Assembly: GCA_965208325.1 (NCBI GenBank)
Contig: OZ242326.1
Coordinates: 4,544,001 to 4,608,000, forward strand
Reading direction: 5' to 3'
Source of the DNA: Candidatus Poribacteria bacterium
GTDB lineage: Bacteria; Poribacteria; WGA-4E; PCPOR2b
DNA length: 64,000 nucleotides
The notes under the pieces are model-generated. The model made no database searches. It was not told where the DNA came from and saw only the letters and a list, made by a program, of their open reading frames with translations. The translations under genes were made by a program, and so were the position numbers. Positions 1-9,800 of the stretch are shown piece after piece (position 1 is the first letter of the stretch; every line of letters starts with the position of its first letter).

Positions 1-213
1 GAAGTCGAAATTTGACAAAACTTGACAAAATTTGACAGATTTTATTTTTTTCCTCAGCAATGCTATCATCCATCGCCATTGAGCGTAATTGTCTGAATCG
101 CGGATTGGCGCGGATTTAGCGGATAACACAGATAGAAGAAATTCACACTGTTTGGGTTGGTTTGGATTCGTTTCGCAGAATATGGGTTTTTCGGTGTAGA
201 CCAGCCGGCCAAC

Positions 214-1638
214 TTATGAATTTCCCGATAATTTGGTTTTAAGTTTTTCCACGGCATCTATCGCATCGGAAATTTCCTTTTTGACCAAAGGGACAATGTG
301 GGAATGGCTGAGCGGGTTAAGGATTATACTTCGGTACAGTTCGATGTCGTCAATGAGGGTTTGTTCTAAGAAGGGTGTACAATCGCTTGTACTTCCCTGT
401 TTTATTGGATCCCAGAAATCTTCACTTTGCAATTTTTTCGGATTGTCACTGTATGTTACTCGGAGTTTATTCGTTGCGCAGAATTTCTTGATAGCAGTTT
501 CAAAGGCGGTGCGCAGGTAGATTGCGCTGGCTTTGTAGTCGTTGTCGTCGAAATAGTCTTTCGCTTTCTCAAGATACGCTTTATCTTCTGCATAGACCGG
601 AATCTCGTATTCATCGGTTTTCGAGGTATAAAATTCGGCGTATTTCCATTTCGCATCGGGCGTCCGCTGTTTGGCAATCTCATACCACGTTTTATCATAG
701 GTCGTCAAAAAGATTTGGTGGTCTGGAAAATACTCGTTTAAGATATCAAGCACCGGCAGGCGGTTTGACGTATCCAAGCCGATTAACACATCGTCCAAGG
801 CGAGAATCTTCAGGCGGCTTTCCGGTTGAATCAGGATTGACGAGAAATAGATTGCGATAGCAATCGCCGATAACCTCGCCTCGTTGAGGAAGCGGTGATG
901 TTCGGGAATATTTTTATCAAAGAGCTCAATCGTTAACAGAATTTCCTGATTATCAAGCGTTTTGTTGTCACGGTTGTATTGAACGCCCGGAAAATCGAAG
1001 TTAAGGGCAACGTTGTGTCCAAACTTGCCAAGGATTTCAGATGCGATTGGCTGAAGTTCCGCTAATCTATTTGTTAATTCGGTATTGAAGGCTTCTGTCT
1101 GTTTTTCTAAATCTGAAATTTTGCCTGTAGCGTTTCGACGTGGATACGGCGGCTGAATTGCAGCCCAATCGTCGTCAAGGGTCCGATTCGTCAGGGTACT
1201 GACGGTGTTTGCCAAGAGCGTCTCAACCAGCAAATCGAACACATTAACTGTATCACTTTCACGATGGAGGTAGTGCGTGTCCAAAAGCGACTTATAATCG
1301 AGAAAACCCTTTGCCTTCGATGCCTCAATAATCAGTTCGTCGTCCGTTTCTCTAACGCTCTCCGACCATTCGTAGGTCTCCTGTTTTGACCAGCGATCAG
1401 CGCGGAGACACAGTTTTATATAGCCCGCATCCGTAGTAAAGATATTTTGATCGTTTTCAAATCTATGCGACGGATCATCGCCGGATTCCAAGAACAGTTT
1501 TAACGCAAAATACAGGGACGATTTTCCGCTCCCATTTTCACCGTAAACCAGCAAGTTCTTTCCTTTGTTGTGTAGGTTAATTCGGTATGTTCCGTAAAAG
1601 GCTTTGAAATTTTTGATTTCAATTTCGGTAATTCTCAC
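214..1638 (-). CDS. ABC/SMC-like ATPase with C-terminal PrrC/RloC-type HEPN (putative anticodon nuclease) domain
   Basis: Walker A GENGSGKSS; degenerate signature FLNEARL; Walker B/D-loop ILALDDVLIGLD; C-terminal RTAFE (RxxxE) and NPLSH (NxxSH) as in the PrrC/RloC HEPN domain. Start overlaps the upstream stop (ATGA, 1635-1638). Confidence 0.75.
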   Translation of the reverse strand: MRITEIEIKNFKAFYGTYRINLHNKGKNLLVYGENGSGKSSLYFALKLFLESGDDPSHRFENDQNIFTTDAGYIKLCLRADRWSKQETYEWSESVRETDDELIIEASKAKGFLDYKSLLDTHYLHRESDTVNVFDLLVETLLANTVSTLTNRTLDDDWAAIQPPYPRRNATGKISDLEKQTEAFNTELTNRLAELQPIASEILGKFGHNVALNFDFPGVQYNRDNKTLDNQEILLTIELFDKNIPEHHRFLNEARLSAIAIAIYFSSILIQPESRLKILALDDVLIGLDTSNRLPVLDILNEYFPDHQIFLTTYDKTWYEIAKQRTPDAKWKYAEFYTSKTDEYEIPVYAEDKAYLEKAKDYFDDNDYKASAIYLRTAFETAIKKFCATNKLRVTYSDNPKKLQSEDFWDPIKQGSTSDCTPFLEQTLIDDIELYRSIILNPLSHSHIVPLVKKEISDAIDAVEKLKTKLSGNS

Positions 1639-4600
1639 GCCTTATCCTCAATTATACGGATCGGTTCTACACTATCCAGAAAGAAAAGGTTGATCCGGAT
1701 CTGATGTGTTCTTTCATACAATCGCTCGAAGATTTCCTGTAACGATACCATTTTATCACCTCGAATTTCTTCAATCTCCGGCAACCCTTCGTCTAACAAT
1801 GGTTTGAAGAACTGTTTATCCCCGTGATGCAGTTCTTCACTCAGATAGGATTCATAAACCAGTCCGTCAACGATTCGTTCAAAATAGCCGAGCATTATGA
1901 AGTCGCGGGCGTGTGCCAAATCTTTGCCGCTCGTCGTCGGCTGTCCCTGAAGGTAAATGAGGTAATCGACAATTTTACCAATCAGTGATTTCTGCGTTGG
2001 TGTAAGATCGGGAACAGGGATTTCCTGCATATATCGGCTGCGCGCCCGAAGATAATCGCCAGTTAATTGATCTGACACTTGCGAATAGAACCACTCCACA
2101 ACACGGGAATTGAGGAGACCGCACAACCACGTCTCCTCAGTCGGGATAAGGTAGCATGTATCCCCGCAGAAAAGACCTTCCGTATCGACGGCGAAGGATT
2201 GACGGTCGTAGCTGTTTGGGCAAACCAACTTCGTTTGCGTAAAGCGTTCGGCGTCGCTTTTGGCGGCGGGTAATTCATACCATTTCTGTTTACCCGTTCT
2301 TTTGCTCAAGGGGGCTCTATATTTTTCCAAGTGTTTTCGGATGGCGGGATAACGGTCTATCTCTATGCGACGATAGGCAAAAATCAACCATGTATCCGGT
2401 TTTGCTACCCTCCAACGCCTGATATCCCGTCCGTGCAAAAACGGCTTCAAAACTTCAGTGGATGCAGGGTGCTCCGCAATGAGTCGATCTCGCGTCGCGC
2501 TATCTACGACAAAGGCTCCGCTGCTACCGGTCTTGATTCCGAAAGTAGGACGCGATTGGACGTATTGAGACAAAGGTGTGCCCGCGTTGCGTAGTTTCGC
2601 TAGGAGATTCAACACATCGGACGATTCAAGGGGCGTACCTTCGAAACTCGAGAATTTTTCCGTCTTTGGGAATCGACTCCGCCGCGGTTGCGACAGCATG
2701 TCAGCGATGTCCATCGGCAGATTCACACGATGTCTCTTCTCGAAGGCCTCAACGCTTTTGTAGTCGTTTTGGAATCCGGCGATGATATCCACACCGTTGT
2801 CTTTAGCAGTGTTCAAATCCTTGCGGGCATTTTCCCATTCTTTCAACCGTAACCACGCTTCACCGCGATTATAATAGGCGGCGACAAAAACCGGCTCCAA
2901 GTTTATCGCTTTGTTATAATTTTCAATGGCACGGTCAATCTCGCCTTTGCTATAGTAGGCTACTCCGCGATTGTTATAAACAATGGAAAGCCGCGGATTG
3001 AGTTCTATTACTTTGTTAAAGTCAACAATGGCACGGTCATGTTTGCCAATGGTGATATAGGCATTGCCCCGACCATTATAGGCTTCGACAAGATTCGGTT
3101 CGAGCTGTATCGCCTTGTCAAAGTCGGCGATGGCACGGACATAATCACCTTTGTTGCGGTATGCGGCACCGCGATTGCTATAAGGCTCGGCGTAATCGGG
3201 TTTGAGTTCTATCGCACGGTTACAGTCTACGATGGCAAGGTCAAAATCCCCCTTTCCCCGATAGACAGCACCGCGATTGTTGTAAGCTATGGCATAATCG
3301 GTTTTGAGTGCTATAGCCTGGTTAAAGTCTTTAAGGGCAAGGTTTACCTGATCTTTTTTGCCGTATGTGATACCACGACTGTTGTATGCCTCGGCAAAAT
3401 CTGGTTTCAGTTGTATTGCCACGTTAAAGTCTTCAACAGCACGGTTAAAATCACCCTGTTCGTCGTAGGCAATACCGCGATCGCTATATGCTATGGCAAA
3501 ATCGGGATTCAGCTCTATCGCTTTATTGAAGTCGTTGAGAGCAAATTGAACATTACCTTTGTTCTTAAAAGTAACGCCGCGATTGTAGTAGGCGTTCGCA
3601 TAACCGGGGTTGAGTTGAATTGCTTTATCAAAGTCTTTGATGGCACAATCGAAATCCTCTTTGTCATGGTAAGCCCCCCCACGATTATTATATAGCTCGG
3701 CGAGGTTTGGTTTCAATTGTATTGCCTTGTTAAAGTCTGTAATAGCACGATCATATTCCCCTTTTGCTTTATGAACATTACCACGACTATTGTAGGCGAT
3801 GGTACAATTAGGATTGAGTTCTATCGCCCTGTTAAAATCCTCAATAGCGTGGTCAATCGCACCTTTTTCATGAAAAGCATTTCCGCGATTGACATATTGA
3901 TCGGGAAACTTTGGACTCATTTTTATCGCTGTATCAAAATCTACGATAGCCCGGTCAAACTCGCGTTTCTTTTGGAAAGCAATACCGCGGTTGTTATAGA
4001 CATCAGCATGATTGCGTCCGCGTTGGATTGCCTTGTTAAAATCTGAGATGGCTCGGTTATAATCGCCTTTATTGTCGTAGGCAATGCCACGATTGTAAAA
4101 GGTTTCGGCATAATTGGGATTCACCTCTATTGCTCTGTTAAGGTCTTCGAGACCGCGGTCAAGTTCCCCTTTGTCAACGTAAGCAGCACCACGGTTGCTA
4201 TAGATAACCGCGTCATACGGGTTTATTGGTATCGCCGTGTTATAATCTTTAAAGGCGCGGTCAAAATTACCCAACTTTTGGTAAGCTACGCCGCGATTGT
4301 TGTAGGCATCGGTATCACGTGGATTGAGTTTAATTGCCTGTGAATAGGCTTCTATCGCCTTGTCTATTTCTCCGAACATCATGAAAACGTTGCCTTGTTG
4401 GAATGCCAATTCAGCAAGTAATTCATCGCCAAAAGCGCTGGAAGCTGAATCCGCGTGAGATAGCATTTTGTCGACGACTTTTCGGATACCCGTCACTACA
4501 TTTTGCCAACCTTTGCTCTGAGGCCTCCACTCGTTAATGGGCTTGACTTTGTGCGGCAGAACCTCAAACCGACTGAGTTGATGATGCTCCCAATCACAAG

Positions 4601-4892
4601 CCTCAAGGATGATAGAGATGACTCTTATGTTTGCGCGTAAGACGTCAGCTAATTCTTTATTACAGTTTTTCGACGCGAGACTCGCAGCGGAGGTAAGATA
4701 AAGTAAAATGTCCGATTCGGCAAGATTATCTGAAATATCTTTTTCCCACTCGTCGCCCGGAAGAATTTTGTTATCGTCCCACAACTCTATCTTGCCTTCA
4801 TCCGCCATTACAGCAAGGCGCGTTTGCAATTCGATGTTCTGCTGTAGGTCTTTATGTGAATATGTAATGAATACTTTTAGTGCGTTGTTCAT
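1635..4892 (-). CDS. TIR domain + about 16 TPR repeats + TaqI-like C-terminal target-recognition domain (chimeric protein)
   Basis: N-terminal TIR_2 motifs VFITYSHKD, WDDNKILPGDEW, CNKEL; 16 repeats of the A-Y-N-N-R-G type; C-terminal region aligns by eye with the methyltransferase TRD at about 7060-7730. Start placed at ATG 4892 because the ORF extension to 4952 runs through a repeat element. Confidence 0.85.
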   Translation of the reverse strand: MNNALKVFITYSHKDLQQNIELQTRLAVMADEGKIELWDDNKILPGDEWEKDISDNLAESDILLYLTSAASLASKNCNKELADVLRANIRVISIILEACDWEHHQLSRFEVLPHKVKPINEWRPQSKGWQNVVTGIRKVVDKMLSHADSASSAFGDELLAELAFQQGNVFMMFGEIDKAIEAYSQAIKLNPRDTDAYNNRGVAYQKLGNFDRAFKDYNTAIPINPYDAVIYSNRGAAYVDKGELDRGLEDLNRAIEVNPNYAETFYNRGIAYDNKGDYNRAISDFNKAIQRGRNHADVYNNRGIAFQKKREFDRAIVDFDTAIKMSPKFPDQYVNRGNAFHEKGAIDHAIEDFNRAIELNPNCTIAYNSRGNVHKAKGEYDRAITDFNKAIQLKPNLAELYNNRGGAYHDKEDFDCAIKDFDKAIQLNPGYANAYYNRGVTFKNKGNVQFALNDFNKAIELNPDFAIAYSDRGIAYDEQGDFNRAVEDFNVAIQLKPDFAEAYNSRGITYGKKDQVNLALKDFNQAIALKTDYAIAYNNRGAVYRGKGDFDLAIVDCNRAIELKPDYAEPYSNRGAAYRNKGDYVRAIADFDKAIQLEPNLVEAYNGRGNAYITIGKHDRAIVDFNKVIELNPRLSIVYNNRGVAYYSKGEIDRAIENYNKAINLEPVFVAAYYNRGEAWLRLKEWENARKDLNTAKDNGVDIIAGFQNDYKSVEAFEKRHRVNLPMDIADMLSQPRRSRFPKTEKFSSFEGTPLESSDVLNLLAKLRNAGTPLSQYVQSRPTFGIKTGSSGAFVVDSATRDRLIAEHPASTEVLKPFLHGRDIRRWRVAKPDTWLIFAYRRIEIDRYPAIRKHLEKYRAPLSKRTGKQKWYELPAAKSDAERFTQTKLVCPNSYDRQSFAVDTEGLFCGDTCYLIPTEETWLCGLLNSRVVEWFYSQVSDQLTGDYLRARSRYMQEIPVPDLTPTQKSLIGKIVDYLIYLQGQPTTSGKDLAHARDFIMLGYFERIVDGLVYESYLSEELHHGDKQFFKPLLDEGLPEIEEIRGDKMVSLQEIFERLYERTHQIRINLFFLDSVEPIRIIEDKA

Positions 4893-4902
4893 TTTCTTTT
4901 TT

Positions 4903-4977
4903 CTGTCTGAATCGCGGATTGAGGAAAAACACGGATTGAAGAATCCGCGCAATCCGTTTCATACGTGATTCAGACAG
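4903..4977. repeat. Palindromic element with terminal inverted repeat CTGTCTGAATCGCG...CGTGATTCAGACAG
   Basis: 13/14 terminal inverted-repeat match, with internal GGATT/AATCC repeats. Related copies at 6793-6893 and a half copy at 90-117. Confidence 0.85.
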
Positions 4978-5027
4978 TATTTTCCTCCTCAATCGCAATT
5001 ACCTCAGAGTCTGATGCCCGGCAAACT

Positions 5028-6752
5028 TTACACTCCCGGTGGCGAAAGCATTACGGCGATATCTTCCGGTAGTTCCACGTTATTCTTCTGCTCAAAATGC
5101 GCCACGCTTTCATAGTCTTTGCGAAACAAAGCGACAATATCCGCTCCCTTCTCTTTGCCAATTGACAGATCTTCTTTTGCGTTTTCAAATTCGCTCTGTT
5201 GTAACCAAAACACACCGCGACTGTAATACGCAGTAGTAAAGTTGAGTTCAATCGCCTTGTCATGATCTTTTATGGCTAAGTCATACCTTCCTGAATCTCC
5301 GTGAACTTTCGCGCGATAGTCGTAAGCTTCGGCAAGGTCCGGTTCAAGCCCTAACGCTCTGTCAAAGTCTTCAATGGCGTGATAATACTTGCCTTTTTTA
5401 GCATAAGCTATTCCTCGATTGTTGAAGGCATTAGCATAGTTGGGTTTCAGGTCTATCGCTTTAGTATAGTTCCCAATAGCACGATGTATCTTGCCTTTAC
5501 AAAGCCAAGCATTGCCACGATTGTTATAGGCCTCTGCATAATTTCCGTTCAGTTTTATCGCCGAATCATATTCTTGAATAGCCCGGCTATAATCACCTGT
5601 CGCGGCAAAAGAAACTCCGCGATTATTGAGGGCATTAGCATTATTAGGGTTAAGGTCTATTGCTTTGGTCAGGTCCTGGATAGCGCGGTCTATCCTGCCA
5701 TTGTGGAAGAACGCCTTGCCACGATTGATATAGGCGTCGGAATGGGATGGTTCAAGTCTTATCACGGAGTCATAGTCCCCTATAGCGGCGTCATAGTTGT
5801 TCTTACGACTATTTTCGCAGCCTCGATTGTAATAGGCATCAATATCTTTAGGATTCAGGTCTATTACTTTGGTATAGTCCTCAATAGCACGGTCAAAATC
5901 GCCTTCATCGCCGTAGGCACGTCCGCGATTGAAATAAGCGTCCGTAAAATCAGGTTTAACTCGGATTGCCTTTGTATAGTGTTCAATGGATTCGCCATAC
6001 TGACCTGAATGCTGACAGGCAACGCCTTTGAAAAACAGAGTGTATGCCCCTTCGTGTATTCCTTGATGGATAATATATCCATGTAGATCGTTGTAGATGG
6101 TTTCTTTGGAGATTCCGTGGTACCTTCGCAGATGCTGTAGGAGCGGATGTTTTAGTGTGGCCGGAATAAACACTATGTCCTTCTCATATGGATCAATAAA
6201 GCCCTTCGGTGGGCGAAGAAATACGCTTTTTTGGGCAATTACGCGGTGTCGTGGATTATTAGGATGTCTAATCATGTTTTTTATCGATTCGGTGTTTTGT
6301 ATGACAACTCGGCCCTCTTCCTGTGGAAATCCGTCGCATGCGAAGAAAAGAGCAATGAAATAGTCGGTTGTGAAGTCTATCAGGTTTGTGGCACCACCGT
6401 AATGTTGGATCTCCGTGAGAAGCTCAAAATTCGCGGCGTCTCTGGTAGATTCTTTGGACACATTCATAACTGCATTGAGATCTGATTGAATGTCCTGTGC
6501 TATATGCCCTAAATGCTTTTTGGCGCCATTCAGCATCTCGTTTTGGATTGCTTCTATATCGCAGTGTTTTGCCTCCTCGCGATACTTACGCCAGAGTGTT
6601 GAGGATACTTTTCCGTAGTAGGGATCGCCTTCATGCCGTTCAGGTTCTCCGCGGAATAAGTACGTACCGTCTACACATTTTTTCTCAATCACGTGGATAA
6701 CGTCCTGAACTGTTCGGAGTTTTTGATTTGCACCGTCGGATTGATTTGACAT
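5028..6752 (-). CDS. FRG domain + about 9 TPR repeats
   Basis: FRG motifs YLFRGE, QHYGGATNLIDFT, ALFFAC, RVIAQKSVF; 9 TPRs; GGAGG RBS upstream of the ATG. Confidence 0.88.
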   Translation of the reverse strand: MSNQSDGANQKLRTVQDVIHVIEKKCVDGTYLFRGEPERHEGDPYYGKVSSTLWRKYREEAKHCDIEAIQNEMLNGAKKHLGHIAQDIQSDLNAVMNVSKESTRDAANFELLTEIQHYGGATNLIDFTTDYFIALFFACDGFPQEEGRVVIQNTESIKNMIRHPNNPRHRVIAQKSVFLRPPKGFIDPYEKDIVFIPATLKHPLLQHLRRYHGISKETIYNDLHGYIIHQGIHEGAYTLFFKGVACQHSGQYGESIEHYTKAIRVKPDFTDAYFNRGRAYGDEGDFDRAIEDYTKVIDLNPKDIDAYYNRGCENSRKNNYDAAIGDYDSVIRLEPSHSDAYINRGKAFFHNGRIDRAIQDLTKAIDLNPNNANALNNRGVSFAATGDYSRAIQEYDSAIKLNGNYAEAYNNRGNAWLCKGKIHRAIGNYTKAIDLKPNYANAFNNRGIAYAKKGKYYHAIEDFDRALGLEPDLAEAYDYRAKVHGDSGRYDLAIKDHDKAIELNFTTAYYSRGVFWLQQSEFENAKEDLSIGKEKGADIVALFRKDYESVAHFEQKNNVELPEDIAVMLSPPGV

Positions 6753-6792
6753 TTTTTTTTATTCCTCCAGAATTATATATTGTTTGTTGGCA

Positions 6793-6893
6793 TCTGAATC
6801 GCGAATTGCCTACACCTCAAAGGATTTCAACAGATATAATCCGCGCCACGAAGTTGGACTATCTTCAATGTGCGTAATCCGTGATTCAGACAG
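6793..6893. repeat. Palindromic element TCTGAATCGCGAATT...AATCCGTGATTCAGA overlapping the methyltransferase stop codon
   Basis: 13/15 inverted-repeat match; same family as 4903-4977. Confidence 0.8.
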
Positions 6894-9800
6894 TATTTTT
6901 CTCCACGACCGCAATTTCTTCATCAGATAAATCGTACAATGAGTATACTATCTGATCAATCTCATTTTCAAGTTCGGATACATCGGCGTCCGGGTCAGCG
7001 CGTTTGGCAGCGAGGATTTGATTGACTATGTTGGTGATGGACGCTTTTTGCGCTGGTTTGATAGAGGGAATAGGAATCTGAGAAACATATTGAGCAATAA
7101 ATCTCACAAAGCCACCCCGAATCTGCGTGCTTGTCTTTGTATAGAACCAAAACACGGTTTTGCTATTGAGCAAACCTAGAAGCCACATTTCCTTAGTCGG
7201 TAGAAGGTACAACGTGTTACCCAAAAAATAACAGTCATCATCGAAGGCAAATTCGGCTCCTTGTGCGATATCAGGGTAGACAATTTTCGTTTTCTCAAAC
7301 TCTTTCCAATAAGCACACGCTCGCAACTCCCAGAAATACTTCCCCTGATCGTACCGCTCAATGAGTCGGTCTCGAAAGGTTTGTAGGCGGGCGTGGATTG
7401 CGGGATACGTATCGGCAAAAATCGCCTCCGCCTCTACGGCAGATTCCTCCGACCACGGATGCGTCCGATTTTCCGACGATTCAATTTTGATGAGGTACTG
7501 CTCGGCGAAATTCACACCCCAGCGTTTCACATCTCGTCCGCGCAATAACGGTTTTAACACTTCAGCCGATGATGGATGATCCGCAATGAGTTGATTCCGC
7601 GTCGCTAGGTCCACAACAAATGCTTCGTTCAAACCTGTTAGGACACCTCGATAAAACCTTCCTTTGACATATTCCCCTAACGGTTTACCCGTGTTTCGGA
7701 GTTTCTTCAGCAGGTCTAACATTATTGGGGTGGTGAGCCGCCAACCGTCAGCGGTCAAGGCGTTTTGCGGCATGGTGAACCCCCGTGTTCGAAACACCGT
7801 CCCGAATTCGTCAATAGAGGACCCCGGCTCCCAATTCAGGGCGCGGAGATGATTCCCTTGAGCGTGGGGTTTGGACGCTGTGATAATACTTGGATAAGCA
7901 ATTGACGTAAAAACGGGGGCATCACCAAAGTCGATGAGTTGAGATACAGTGGATTTACAGGCGAGGAAATCTCGAAGTTTCTTACCGTATGCAGCTCGGA
8001 AATACTTATTGGACGAGATGTAGGTCAGGACTCCATTATCCGGCAGTAATTGAAAACCGCGTTCATAAAAATAGACGTAGAGATCGGCTGTGCCGGTGTA
8101 ACAGTCGTACTGCGTTTTCAACGTCGGCTTGAGATCTTTAATTTTCTCTTGGCGAACATACGGCGGATTGCCAATCACCACATCAAACCCTTCGGCGATA
8201 CCAAACATCCATTCTGGGTCAAACCAATCTGCTTCTTTATTCTGATCGTAGGGCTTCCAACTTGCGATTTTGCTGGCGTCTTGAAAACTGGAATCAAATT
8301 GGTTCTTACGCGCCTTATACTTTTTTCGTTCCTCCTTTAGTAACTGTTGGCGATGTTCAGTTTTCGGAAGTTGTGCGACTTTTCGGTCTATTTCTCGTTT
8401 CTGACGCTCCATCCATGATGCTCTCCGGCTGTCCAGTTCTTCTTGCAACCGTTCGCGACTTTCGTCCTCCAGCTCTTCGAGGTGAAGCTTCTGTCGTCGA
8501 TTATTTGTTAGATAATACTTTTCACGAATTCCCTCTATTTCTTTTATTAATTGCCGTACAGCGTCCTCTTGGAGTAACAATCGGGTTTCGGCTAACTGCA
8601 AGCCAATCAGCGTATTCGCGGCAACGAAGCGAGTTTCTAGATTCGGCAGGGGCTTAATTCCGAAATTGGCAACGGTCTCATCTACGACCTGTTCAATAGC
8701 AAGCGAGACAAAGAATCGGAGTTTGGCGATCTGGCACGCCTCAGGTTGGATGTCGACGCCGAAGATGCTGTTTTGTATCAGATACAACTTCCGTCCAAAG
8801 TCTGAATCGCGGTAACGTTCAAACGTATCACTAATTTCCTTCAGTTCGTCATCGCGCGCCTGCTGGTTTGAGATTTTGAACGCCGCCTGCGCCCGACGCC
8901 CGGCGCGGTCGCGCTGTAACTGTTCCCAAAGCGTGTTATCCGGATCAAGCCGCCGCAGCGCAAGGGTCAATTTGTGCAGCACACCCATCGGAAACGCGCC
9001 GGAACCGACCGCAGGATCCAGTATCTTCAGATTTGAAATCGCCCGTACAAGCCCGTTTATCTCATCGTCATCAAACCATTCGCTCGCATCGTCGCAGACT
9101 TGGGCATAATCCAACAGATAGTGCAATCGTTCATTCCAGAGTTTCACATCATCGTCCGTTGGCGACACTTGTTCTCCCAGCGTTGCAATTAACGCTTCCT
9201 CTACCATGTAGTCTACAATAGGACGCGGGGTGTAGTAGGAACCAGTCTGTTTACGTTTAGTTTCCCCAGTTTCAGGATTGTATGCGGCAAGCAGGTTTTC
9301 GAACACCTTGCCGAGCAGTTCAGGATCCAGCGCAACCTCCTGCTCTATCGGCGTGCTTTCCTCAACGGTAAACTTGTAGTGCGTCAGCAAGGAAATCAGA
9401 CCATCGTCACCAAAGAACAGACGGTTGGGAAGGCTAAGTTTTCTGAAATGCTCATCGGAAAAACAGTCAATGCGGGAACCTCCCGCTCTCATGCCCTTGA
9501 AGTCGTCCAGACAATCGAACAACCCTCCGTTGATGAATGGTGTTTTGCCAAACAACGCTTCAAGCGAATCCGGGTCATTCATCTGATCTTTGTAGCGATA
9601 TACGGAGAAATTTCGATGGTCGGGTTTCCCTTTACTGAACCGACGCTCGTCAATCTCGGTGTTCAACGTGGCAAAGAACAAGTTCTGTAATACCGCACGG
9701 TAGTAGGAATCTCCATTGTCACGATTGTAGTCCTTTAGCAAGAGAGTAACTTCGCGTTCGTCGAATAGTTCCTCCGCAACCAACCCCTTCTCTTTAATAA

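Noticed and set aside
8..38. Three tandem TTGACA-containing 10-mers
   Set aside because: At the window edge with no matching -10 box or context, so no function can be assigned.
4893..4952. N-terminal extension of the TIR ORF
   Set aside because: It is translated palindromic repeat; ATG 4892 begins the TIR domain.
3039..6008. Long plus-strand ORFs (3039-3695, 3717-4046, 5379-6008)
   Set aside because: Antisense shadows of the TPR repeats with no protein-like features.
4903..6893. Canonical integron attC sites
   Set aside because: No RYYYAAC/GTTRRRY boxes and no integron integrase in the window; kept only as an analogy.
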